24,000 nt of DNA from Bacilli bacterium (GCA_050949315.1 JBMNFL010000001.1:518241-542240); one strand, 5' to 3'. Counted from the stretch's first letter, positions 7,996-15,779 are shown. The notes: generated by a model not told the origin, from the letters alone. Program-made: numbers and translations.

Positions 7996-8943
7996 CTAAT
8001 AGTACTCCTCACCATCAATGATGGCTTCCGCCTCGGGTTTTTCAAACTCTTTTGGATCTTCATAGATAACTAAACGCTCTTCCTTTTTCTCATCAACTAC
8101 AAAGGTACCAAAGAGCAAATCATGAATAGCCTTTTGTTTTTTGTTGATATATGTGATAAGTCCAGAAATCAAAATTCCTAGAGGCATGTAAACATCTGTT
8201 AAAATTAGAATCAAAAGTGAACTCACATATTCTATGGTCCAAAAACCAATTACGGTTCTAAAAAGATACATCATCGGTTTAATTGGTTTACCGAAATTAT
8301 CAATAACTAGAATTCCCACTATTTTCTTACCAAGGGTGCGACCATTTTTGAAAAAGATGGTAGGAAGAATATAAATCAAGAAAAGGAAGATTACTGAATC
8401 AATCAGTTGGGTCAAAACTGAAAATCTTTTTCTAATTCGTTCAAAATCTTTATAGATATCATCGTATTCTTTGGAGGCGTAGAGTTTGCCTTTCATCTCG
8501 TAACAAGGATCAACCTTCCAATTCCCCGCGTTCTCATTTAAAACGCCAGCAGCTCGATACTGTTCATATGTTAAGGTATCACCTTTTTTATAATTCCCAT
8601 AGGGTATTTCACAGATATAATAGTTATACGCTGGTTCGCACCAAACACCATTTTCATCAACTAAATCTGTGCCATAAAGTTCGGGATGAGCTAAAACATA
8701 ATCAACCAAGTCTCTTTCGTATTGAGTCTCAATCTGATCAATCTTGTAAATTTGTTTGTAAATATAAGGAGTTGTCACATAGTTATTAAAAACATAAATA
8801 AGGCCAGTAAAAAGAATAAAGTCAATCAAAAAGGCCACAATTCTTTTCCAGCGTTTGCATAAAACATAACGGTCTTCAATTTCCGGCTCTTTGGGAACTT
8901 CTAATATTTCTTCTTGAACTAAGTCTTGCTCAATCTCGCTCAT
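7996..8943 (-). CDS. RDD-family integral membrane protein (paralog B)
   Basis: 315 aa with KRWKRIVAFLIDFILFTGLIY before TM1 and NGRTLGKKIVGILVID later. A ~130-aa Cys/Tyr-rich loop follows TM1. SD AGGAG lies 6 nt upstream of the ATG. Confidence 0.75.
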   Translation of the reverse strand: MSEIEQDLVQEEILEVPKEPEIEDRYVLCKRWKRIVAFLIDFILFTGLIYVFNNYVTTPYIYKQIYKIDQIETQYERDLVDYVLAHPELYGTDLVDENGVWCEPAYNYYICEIPYGNYKKGDTLTYEQYRAAGVLNENAGNWKVDPCYEMKGKLYASKEYDDIYKDFERIRKRFSVLTQLIDSVIFLFLIYILPTIFFKNGRTLGKKIVGILVIDNFGKPIKPMMYLFRTVIGFWTIEYVSSLLILILTDVYMPLGILISGLITYINKKQKAIHDLLFGTFVVDEKKEERLVIYEDPKEFEKPEAEAIIDGEEYY

Positions 8944-8972
8944 TTTAATCTCCTATTCAAATCAGCCCTTTA

Positions 8973-9001
8973 ATTATAGACAAAAATTCTAAAGCTGACA
9001 A
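8973..9001 (-). promoter_or_regulatory. Sigma-A-type promoter for RDD paralog B
   Basis: Minus strand TTGTCA - 17 nt - TATAAT (-35 at 8996-9001, -10 at 8973-8978). Confidence 0.6.
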
Positions 9002-9007
9002 TCTTTC

Positions 9008-9745
9008 CTAACGGCTCGTAAATTCTAGTTCTAGTAAAGTGCTAAGCTTACCATCAGCTTTAACCATGGCATAAACTTTATTATCTTTTATTTTAAGACC
9101 TAGGCTTACTTTTTCCACCTTGACAATCTCCTCAAAATAATCAACTTGCAGGCTTTTTAACCTATGTTCTTTGATAAAGTTTATCCCTAAAGCATCATAA
9201 ACCCAATTGATGTAAGTCACATTGTTAATGTGACCATTGTAATCATAATCACGATAACGCGGGATATAATCAACAAAGCTCATCCCCTGCTCTTCTTCTT
9301 TACTGAGTTTAGCTGGCATAGGCATAAAATCGGGAACATCTTTGGTATCAGGAAAGCCCAAACTATGACCATCAACAAAGGAGATCATCCGTTTTTTATA
9401 ATCAAAAATAGACCAAACAATATTGATTCTTACATATTCCTGCCCATTTTTGTCTTCAATAGTCGCATAACGCGGATAAAGAATTTTGTGAACTCTTCCT
9501 GGCCAAGTCTTAATAACAACCTCATCTTCATAGCTTGGCAGTTTAGTGATTTCCATTCGCATTCTAGCAATTATCCAAGTTAAACCATGGGCTTTTAAAT
9601 CTAAATTCCCCATTCCATAACTATCCATATGATAGCCCGCATGTTCCTGGGCCAAAAGAAGTGCGGCGACTGGGGTCATCTCTCCAGTAATATCCGTGTC
9701 TTGGAAAGTGACACGAGAACTAGCTTCATAAAGGTCTTTTGTCAT
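9008..9745 (-). CDS. Acyl-ACP thioesterase (FatA/FatB-type, double hot-dog)
   Basis: 245 aa. The N-terminal half reads VTFQDTDITGEMTPVAALLLAQEHAGYHMDS...GLTWIIARMRMEI...VVIKTWPG. The C-terminal half carries the catalytic-region motif RYRDYDYNGHINNVTYINW (D..N.H.NN). SD AGGAGG lies 5 nt upstream of the ATG. Confidence 0.8.
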   Translation of the reverse strand: MTKDLYEASSRVTFQDTDITGEMTPVAALLLAQEHAGYHMDSYGMGNLDLKAHGLTWIIARMRMEITKLPSYEDEVVIKTWPGRVHKILYPRYATIEDKNGQEYVRINIVWSIFDYKKRMISFVDGHSLGFPDTKDVPDFMPMPAKLSKEEEQGMSFVDYIPRYRDYDYNGHINNVTYINWVYDALGINFIKEHRLKSLQVDYFEEIVKVEKVSLGLKIKDNKVYAMVKADGKLSTLLELEFTSR

Positions 9746-9760
9746 TTCTGCCTCCTAAAT

Positions 9761-11797
9761 TTATTTCAATAACAGATCATCAACAACAGCTTCTATATCT
9801 AAAGTTTGGCTGTCAATCTTTGTTACAGCCCTTCTTATTATATCGTAAAGGACCACCGTTCCCCAAGAATCAATTTTACAATACTGCCGCAAAGAAGCTA
9901 AAAGTTTATCATGCAAAGTTAAATCGCCATGGCGATGGACAAGCCTTAACAAGGTCTTATAAACATCCAAGGCCTCTTCTCCATTTTGAATGAGTTCTTT
10001 TTTATAATCCAAAGTTTCGCTAAGGTCATAGTTTAAACTTTGATACCAATTTTTAATTTGTTGATCATTAATTAAGGTCGGCTGCGTGACCTTTAAAGAG
10101 GTAAAACCATGGAAGTCCTTATGGTACCATAAACCATAGGAAAAGAACTTATATAAATCGACTACTCGTTCGCTAAAAGTATCTAAAAACTCGCTATATT
10201 CTGGATATTGAGCACTCATTTCTTTTAAGCGTGATTTCTCAAAAACCTCATTATAAACAACTACTTGAAAACGCTTATCTTGCCACCTAATACCCGCTTC
10301 TTTTAATTGTTCTAATAGGCTTTTGATTAATGCTAAAGAAGGATTATTAAAACCATCTTTTTTGGGGTTTCCAATGAATTCATAATGGCTTATGCCTCCA
10401 CCTATTCCCTTTTGAAAATCATGCTTAGCAAGTTCATAATTTTCTTGAACGATGTGCATGGAATATTGACAACAAATCTGCTGCCAAGGTTTCATATCAC
10501 GTACTAAAGGAACGGGGTAACTAAAACTTTCAAAATCAAAAAAGATTAAAGGGAATTGTTGATAGTCTTGCTCCAACAAGCTTTTTAGGGCCTTTATTTC
10601 TAAATGGTGGTCTTTAGAGAATTCACCACGTGCATAATCTATTTGCAAGCGGGCGACACTTCTTTTGTAGGGGGTCTTTGCTTTAACTTTGGGGTATTTA
10701 TCTTCCAAAAGACCAAATGGTATATCCTTGATCTTTTCAATACCCTCAACATCGATTAATTGTTTTAACGAACCCCAATATCCACCAACTGCCCCGTTAC
10801 AGGTAAGCAAGAAAACGTCTTCCTTGCCTAAAGAAGGAAAGCAAGCCTTAATCAAGGGACATAAACCCTTTCTACGGCAGCGATAAAGGCAGTGAGCCTG
10901 GGGAATATCGCTGCGTTTCATTAGAGATTGGAGATGATTAATATAAACTTCAACATCCTTATTTTCCGCTGTTACATAAGAGACCTTATCGTAATAATCT
11001 TTTAAACTACAAGGACCCCCATCGACCATAATCGTATCAGTAATAGTAAAGAAGTTTTCTAAGTCGCTATCTTCTAAAGGATAGGCCTCTTCTTTAAGTT
11101 TAAAATCCTTGTTTAAATGCACAAAACCCAAAGATTTCAAAGGCAATTTGGCCCTTCGATAAACGGCATATTGAAAGGCCAAGTCATAGAGATAATTTTG
11201 TCTTATAATTCTGTTTGTATCAGTAGTCATTACCCTGTTAGAACCCTTTACTTCATAGAGATTGAAGCTTTCCTTATCCCGAACCAGCACGTCAAAACGG
11301 GCACGTAAACCCTCAATACTTATCTGCCCTTCAAAAATAACATCAACTGTTGGATCATTTAAATATTTTTGGGTGTTGGCCTCTATTTTAGCCTGATTTT
11401 CAAGTTCGGGACTATCTAAAGCGCCATCAAAGGTGTCCGCTCTTTTGGGATTTTTGGCCTTTAAGGCAAAATAACGTCTCGATAATTCTGAGACCTCTTG
11501 AAAATCCTCGTTTTCGGCAATAAACTGACCAACTATGTCATCAGTCAAACTTTCTTGATAGATTTTTAAAGCCTCTTTTAAAGCTTCAGGATATGTGCGA
11601 AAATAATCGAAGGGTAACAAGTTCTTCTCGCCTTCTTGTCCCCAATCATCATCCTGTGGCAAAAAATCTTCGACCTCACGTTTATTTTCAACCAAACTAC
11701 GCCAAAAAGAAAGAAGGCGTTTTTCTTCTAATTGCAAATAAGCCAGGCGATCGCACTTACGGTGTGCATAATCCTTTACAACTTCTTTTATCAGCAT
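9761..11797 (-). CDS. DUF2779-type protein: N-terminal RecB/Cas4-like PD-(D/E)xK nuclease with Cys cluster + C-terminal FDFE (RNase H-like) domain
   Basis: 678 aa from ATG 11797, with SD AGAGGAGGG 6 nt upstream. The track's TTG at 11833 includes the SD. Nuclease motifs are ARFDVLV...FNLYEVKGS (D...E.K), QYAVY (QxxxY), an early Cys (HRKCDRLAY) and a late cluster HCLYRCRRKGLCPLIKAC. The C-terminal half carries PLIFFDFESFSYPVP...KPWQQICCQYSMH, which is typical of DUF2779 as I remember the family. Confidence 0.7.
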   Translation of the reverse strand: MLIKEVVKDYAHRKCDRLAYLQLEEKRLLSFWRSLVENKREVEDFLPQDDDWGQEGEKNLLPFDYFRTYPEALKEALKIYQESLTDDIVGQFIAENEDFQEVSELSRRYFALKAKNPKRADTFDGALDSPELENQAKIEANTQKYLNDPTVDVIFEGQISIEGLRARFDVLVRDKESFNLYEVKGSNRVMTTDTNRIIRQNYLYDLAFQYAVYRRAKLPLKSLGFVHLNKDFKLKEEAYPLEDSDLENFFTITDTIMVDGGPCSLKDYYDKVSYVTAENKDVEVYINHLQSLMKRSDIPQAHCLYRCRRKGLCPLIKACFPSLGKEDVFLLTCNGAVGGYWGSLKQLIDVEGIEKIKDIPFGLLEDKYPKVKAKTPYKRSVARLQIDYARGEFSKDHHLEIKALKSLLEQDYQQFPLIFFDFESFSYPVPLVRDMKPWQQICCQYSMHIVQENYELAKHDFQKGIGGGISHYEFIGNPKKDGFNNPSLALIKSLLEQLKEAGIRWQDKRFQVVVYNEVFEKSRLKEMSAQYPEYSEFLDTFSERVVDLYKFFSYGLWYHKDFHGFTSLKVTQPTLINDQQIKNWYQSLNYDLSETLDYKKELIQNGEEALDVYKTLLRLVHRHGDLTLHDKLLASLRQYCKIDSWGTVVLYDIIRRAVTKIDSQTLDIEAVVDDLLLK

Positions 11798-11818
11798 TAA
11801 AAGCCCTCCTCTTTTTAC

Positions 11819-11841
11819 AAAAAAAGACCCCAAAGAGGTCT
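11819..11841 (-). terminator. Weak terminator-like hairpin overlapping the stop codon of the 157-aa gene
   Basis: Minus strand AGACCT-CTTTG-GGGTCT (6 bp including one G-U pair) followed by TTTTTTT. There is no room for a promoter before the DUF2779 SD, so any termination is probably partial. Confidence 0.3.
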
Positions 11842-12304
11842 AAAATAATTTAATAATATAAGAAATAATCACAACTAAAACCAAAATCACAAAGGTAATA
11901 AATCCCATCATTTTGATGTTAAAGGTTCTTTTTCTTTTGACCATCTGTTTATCGTAATTTGACTCAAAAGGTAAACGTGCTAACTTAAAAACTCGCTCCA
12001 AAAGAAATACACACATTAAATCCTTGGCTGTTCTTTCTGAGTCATAGTTGTCCATGCCCTCTTCATCGCGGAACAAGCGTTGGATTTTTTTTATACTAAT
12101 ATAAACATAGTTTTCGCCTTCTTGAGTAAGCTGTACTCCATAACGGTAGATAGTGGTTTTCTCACGATCAGCGGCAACTTCTGCTTTTTTTACTTTGGCA
12201 AGACCAGGAACATATTTTTTACTATCGCCACCAAAAGTTATGGCCATTTCTGTGACTATTTGTTCAAAAAAAGATGGATATTTTTCTAATAAGTCTTCTC
12301 GCAT
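11840..12304 (-). CDS. Hypothetical tail-anchored protein (soluble ~125-aa domain + single C-terminal TM helix)
   Basis: The ORF ends ...KRKRTFNIKMMGFITFVILVLVVIISYIIKLF. I recognise no family motif. Candidate starts are TTG 12313, ATG 12310 and ATG 12304. SD GGGAG (12314-12318) is best spaced, at 9 nt, for 12304. Confidence 0.6.
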   Translation of the reverse strand: MREDLLEKYPSFFEQIVTEMAITFGGDSKKYVPGLAKVKKAEVAADREKTTIYRYGVQLTQEGENYVYISIKKIQRLFRDEEGMDNYDSERTAKDLMCVFLLERVFKLARLPFESNYDKQMVKRKRTFNIKMMGFITFVILVLVVIISYIIKLF

Positions 12305-12362
12305 AAACATCAACTCCCGCCGCTAATTTTAACATATTTAAATAGCTAAAAAAAGTAAATAC

Positions 12363-12391
12363 TTGTATTTTTAAAATCCAGTCGCTATAAT
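12363..12391 (+). promoter_or_regulatory. Near-consensus sigma-A promoter on the plus strand
   Basis: TTGTAT (12363-12368) - exactly 17 nt - TATAAT (12386-12391). It is followed by SD GAGGTGG at 12401-12407 and an ATG at 12412. Confidence 0.6.
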
Positions 12392-12411
12392 GCAACTGAT
12401 GAGGTGGTAAA

Positions 12412-12615
12412 ATGGCTAAAACCAACAAAAAGCCCAATATCGATCAAGACGATTCTAAACAGCCTAGAAAAATGCGGCCTATAGACATAATACTTTTTGT
12501 CATTGTTGTCTTATTAGTTCTTTTATTCCTCTTTATGGATACCTTTGGTGAAAAAGAACCCAACGCATTTATCCCTTTTATTACCAACGGTTTTCGTGGA
12601 TTACTTCTTGGCTAG
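12412..12615 (+). CDS. Small (67 aa) single-pass membrane protein, unknown function; the only plausible plus-strand gene in the window
   Basis: MAKTNKKPNIDQDDSKQPRKMRP-IDIILFVIVVLLVLLFLFM-DTFGEK...: a charged N-terminus followed by one TM helix. It has strong promoter and SD signals. Its last 35 nt overlap the 3' end of the convergent nitroreductase gene. There is no homology evidence. Confidence 0.5.
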   Translation: MAKTNKKPNIDQDDSKQPRKMRPIDIILFVIVVLLVLLFLFMDTFGEKEPNAFIPFITNGFRGLLLG

Positions 12616-13192
12616 CTAAACGAGGACGCCTCCCGCCTTCACTAGCAGGATAACCTACTGGTGTCACCCCAACAACTTCAACTCCCTGCGGAATAGCGAG
12701 GAGTTTTTTTAGTTCCTTGTCACGCCACATCGGCGTACCAAGCCAGCAAGTTCCTAAACCCTTTTCCGCACATAAAAGCATGAAAATAGTGATCGCGGCC
12801 GCCACCGATTGATCAGCCCAGAACAAACGATACTTGTCATACTCTTGCTCCATAGTTTTGTTGCGATTATCATTACGACAAAAAACGACAAAAGCCGGAA
12901 CATTGGCCATACCCTTGTACATCTTAAGCATATTCTCTAAAACTTGACCATCATGGTGTTCAACACGGGCCTTAGACCAATATTCGTGGTGAGCACTGAC
13001 TACTAAATCTGCGACTTCCTTACGTAATTTTTCATCACTCACCACAATAAAGTCCCAGGGCTGAGAATTACTACCACTTGGTGCCCTGAAGGCTAAATTA
13101 ATCATTTCCTTCAATTCTTCTAGATCAATAGGATCCGCCTTATAACGGCGCACACTACATCTTTTTAAAATCGCCTCTTTTAGTTCCATCAT
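12581..13192 (-). CDS. Nitroreductase-family (FMN-dependent) oxidoreductase
   Basis: 203 aa with CSVRRYKADPIDLEELKEMINLAFRAPSGSNSQPWDFIVV, the classic N-terminal nitroreductase motif. The start ATG overlaps the permease stop (TAATG). The ATG at 13189 is an equally plausible start. Confidence 0.85.
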   Translation of the reverse strand: MMELKEAILKRCSVRRYKADPIDLEELKEMINLAFRAPSGSNSQPWDFIVVSDEKLRKEVADLVVSAHHEYWSKARVEHHDGQVLENMLKMYKGMANVPAFVVFCRNDNRNKTMEQEYDKYRLFWADQSVAAAITIFMLLCAEKGLGTCWLGTPMWRDKELKKLLAIPQGVEVVGVTPVGYPASEGGRRPRLASQEVIHENRW

Positions 13193-14619
13193 TAGACCTC
13201 CTCACTAATAATTTCGACTGTATTTCTCGCCTCTTTACGATAAAAGAAGAGCGAGGGTAAACTAGTAATCGCTAGTAAAATAAGGAAAACCCCAAAGGCC
13301 TTTAGACTCTCCGCACTACCATCAAAGATCAATTGATATAGGCCGCTACCACAAAGAGTAAAGAAGAGCGATCCTAGTATTGCTAAGGTGGGCAAAACAT
13401 AACGTTTAAAGGGATTTAATTCCTTAAAATTACGCATAATATAAACATACATCGTGATATAAATCGCATAGATGATAGCGCAAATAATCTCATCCATGCT
13501 GCCTAAATATTTAAATAAACCAAAGCCATTTAAGGTCGCATACCAAACAAGTAATAACAAACACATCATAAAATAACCAAATAAAGAAGATAAAAATGAA
13601 GTTTGACACTTGGGATTTAACTTAGCAAATTGCTTAGGAGCAGGACCTAAGCCACGACAAGACATGGTATACATTCCGCGACAACAAGAAATGGCCACGC
13701 CATTAACCGTTCCTAAACACGAAACAATAATAAAAGCGATAAAGATCTTACTACCAAAGGAGCCCATAAACTTGGTAAAAGCCTCTAATGGTGCATTGGC
13801 ACCTGCCATAATGGTGGCGCTGTTTCCAAGAAGAGCCGATAAGGATAAATAATAAAGCAAGTAGAAAATCAAAATGGCAATTGTCCCCCCAACCAAAGCC
13901 CGGGGTAGATTTTTCTTGGAGTCTTTTAGTTCGGCATTGATAGCTGTCGCACAAACCCAACCTTCATAGGCGAAAGAGGTTTTCTTAACCGCCTCCCCAA
14001 ACTGCAAGGGATAGGCTGAGCCATCCGCTCTTGTTCCTAATACTGTAAAAGCGTTAGTGATGCCAACATCACTTTCTAGAATAAAAGAAGCTAAAAGCCC
14101 GATAAAGGCTATAACTAAAATAGGGACCAATTTAATAATGGTGGCCGAAACCTGAAAACGCGAAGAAAGCCGCGGAGCTAGATAATTTAAAATGGCAAAA
14201 AAAGTGATGAGAACAAAAGCAACAATCAAGTTTTGGTAGGAGGCTATACCATAATTTAAACCAAGTAAAGAAAATAAATAAGACCCTGCTATCAAAGCGA
14301 CAATAGAAGCAACAATGGGATAATAAAGTGTTGTCATCACCCAGGCCAAATGATAACCAACCCTTTTATTAGAAACACTTTCTACATAATCAACGACACC
14401 ATTAAATTTACTGACTTTGGTGGCAAAGATGGCAAAGCAAAAAGCTGAGACAATCATGACTGCCCCACCGACAAACCAGGCCAGCAAAGAGAATTTCAAA
14501 TCGCCACCGGCAGTTTCTAAGACGCCTCCTGCTTTGACAAAGACGCCAGAACCAACGACAATACCGACAACCATTGCTATACCGGTCCAAAGACCATACT
14601 TCTTTTTCAGTTTTTCCAT
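13192..14619 (-). CDS. Amino acid permease (APC superfamily)
   Basis: 475 aa with about 12 TM segments. The N-terminal signature is LWTGIAMVVGIVVGSGVFVKAGG. Substrate unknown. Confidence 0.8.
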   Translation of the reverse strand: MEKLKKKYGLWTGIAMVVGIVVGSGVFVKAGGVLETAGGDLKFSLLAWFVGGAVMIVSAFCFAIFATKVSKFNGVVDYVESVSNKRVGYHLAWVMTTLYYPIVASIVALIAGSYLFSLLGLNYGIASYQNLIVAFVLITFFAILNYLAPRLSSRFQVSATIIKLVPILVIAFIGLLASFILESDVGITNAFTVLGTRADGSAYPLQFGEAVKKTSFAYEGWVCATAINAELKDSKKNLPRALVGGTIAILIFYLLYYLSLSALLGNSATIMAGANAPLEAFTKFMGSFGSKIFIAFIIVSCLGTVNGVAISCCRGMYTMSCRGLGPAPKQFAKLNPKCQTSFLSSLFGYFMMCLLLLVWYATLNGFGLFKYLGSMDEIICAIIYAIYITMYVYIMRNFKELNPFKRYVLPTLAILGSLFFTLCGSGLYQLIFDGSAESLKAFGVFLILLAITSLPSLFFYRKEARNTVEIISEEV

Positions 14620-14701
14620 TCCATAACCCCTATAAGAGAGATTTTACCCTATTTTTAATATTTATTAAACCCCAACTTCTTGTATGTGTTAATTTTTATA
14701 A

Positions 14702-15595
14702 TCACTCAGCCAATATTTTCAAATACCAATCTAATCTTGCATTAACATAAGTTGCAAATAAAGTCTCCATCGCTGATAGATTTTGTTTACTCTGATATTC
14801 ATCAAAGGCCTTGTAATAGGCTGTTCTATCCGTAAATTTAATGTCTATGGGCGGAAAACCTGCTTTCATTAATTCCAAATTTATCAACAATCTTCCGGTT
14901 CTTCCATTACCATCAATAAAGGGATGAATTCTTTCAAACTCAAGATGAAAACGGGCTAATTTTGTTATGATATGCTCTTTACTTGCCAAAAAACTTTCTA
15001 ATAACTGTTGCATTTTATTCTCTATCAAATAAGGCTGAGCGGGTTTATATTGGGCCCCAAAAATATAAACTGGAACTCGACGGTAAACACCACGATCCTC
15101 TTTTTTATCGGCAAGAACAAAATAATGAATTTGTTTAATAATGCTCTCACTCATTGAAACATTATCTTTCACAAGCGTAAGCACAAAATCAAAGGCCTCT
15201 TTGTGACCGACTGCCTCTAGATGATCTTTTAGAGGTTTACGAGCAATAGTCAATCCCTTTAAAACTAAATCAGTTTCCTTTAAAGTTAAAGTGTTACCTT
15301 CAATCGCATTTGAATTGTAGGTATACTCAATAATAAACTCTTCGCTTAACCTTTGCACTTCTCCTTCGGTTAATGGTCTCTTCTTATCAAGTTCGGCTTT
15401 TTTACGATCAATTTGTGATAAAAGACTTGCTTTTGACTTATAACGACCATCAGCGGGTTTTACGGCATCGCTAGGTATTTTCCAAGCTCGCCCTTCTTGA
15501 TAGGCCCCTAAAATCTTGCCTTCAGAACAAAGGACTCTTATTCGTCTATCAGAAATCCTCCATTTTTCAGCAGCTTGTTTTACTGTCATAAACAT
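14702..15595 (-). CDS. Fic-family protein (class II, auto-inhibited) with N-terminal excisionase/MerR-type HTH
   Basis: Fic active-site motif HPFIDGNGRTGR, matching HxFx(D/E)GNGRxxR. Inhibitory-helix motif SNAIEGN, matching (S/T)xxxE(G/N). N-terminal HTH MTVKQAAEKWRISDRRIRVLCSEGKILGAYQEGRAWKIP. I set the start at ATG 15595 because the track's TTG GAG GGC is the SD. Confidence 0.85.
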   Translation of the reverse strand: MFMTVKQAAEKWRISDRRIRVLCSEGKILGAYQEGRAWKIPSDAVKPADGRYKSKASLLSQIDRKKAELDKKRPLTEGEVQRLSEEFIIEYTYNSNAIEGNTLTLKETDLVLKGLTIARKPLKDHLEAVGHKEAFDFVLTLVKDNVSMSESIIKQIHYFVLADKKEDRGVYRRVPVYIFGAQYKPAQPYLIENKMQQLLESFLASKEHIITKLARFHLEFERIHPFIDGNGRTGRLLINLELMKAGFPPIDIKFTDRTAYYKAFDEYQSKQNLSAMETLFATYVNARLDWYLKILAE

Positions 15596-15620
15596 AACAA
15601 AGCCCTCCAATTTTTTATCT

Positions 15621-15649
15621 ATTATAACTATTTATCGGAATAATAGCAA
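15621..15649 (-). promoter_or_regulatory. Sigma-A-type promoter of the Fic gene
   Basis: Minus strand TTGCTA (15644-15649) - 17 nt - TATAAT (15621-15626). Confidence 0.55.
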
Positions 15650-15689
15650 GAGTATCGGAATAATATTTTCGCATTTAGCGGAACAATGA
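15633..15689 (-). repeat. Direct repeats TATCGGAATAATA x2 (exact, 20-bp register) plus one degenerate copy, overlapping the Fic promoter
   Basis: Plus-strand copies at 15633-15645 and 15653-15665 are identical. The third copy, TAGCGGAACAATG at 15676-15688, matches 10 of 13 positions. The proximal copy fills the -35/-10 spacer and the second abuts the -35. Confidence 0.7.
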
Positions 15690-15710
15690 TAACAAGATAG
15701 CTAATATCTA

Positions 15711-15741
15711 GAAAGAAAAGTCCGACATCGTTATCGGACTT
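15711..15741 (-). terminator. Rho-independent terminator after phoR
   Basis: Minus strand AAGTCCGA-TAACGATG-TCGGACTT (8-bp perfect stem) followed by TTCTTTC, 38 nt after the phoR stop. Confidence 0.75.
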
Positions 15742-15779
15742 AGTATTTGAGATGTATAGATTTAATATAATCTCAATAC

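Noticed and set aside
732-14590. Same-strand nested out-of-frame ORFs (732-929, 3427-3609, 13751-13960, 14408-14590).
   Set aside because: They sit entirely within well-supported genes in another frame, have no SD, and their Cys/Arg/Leu-rich composition is typical of off-frame translation.
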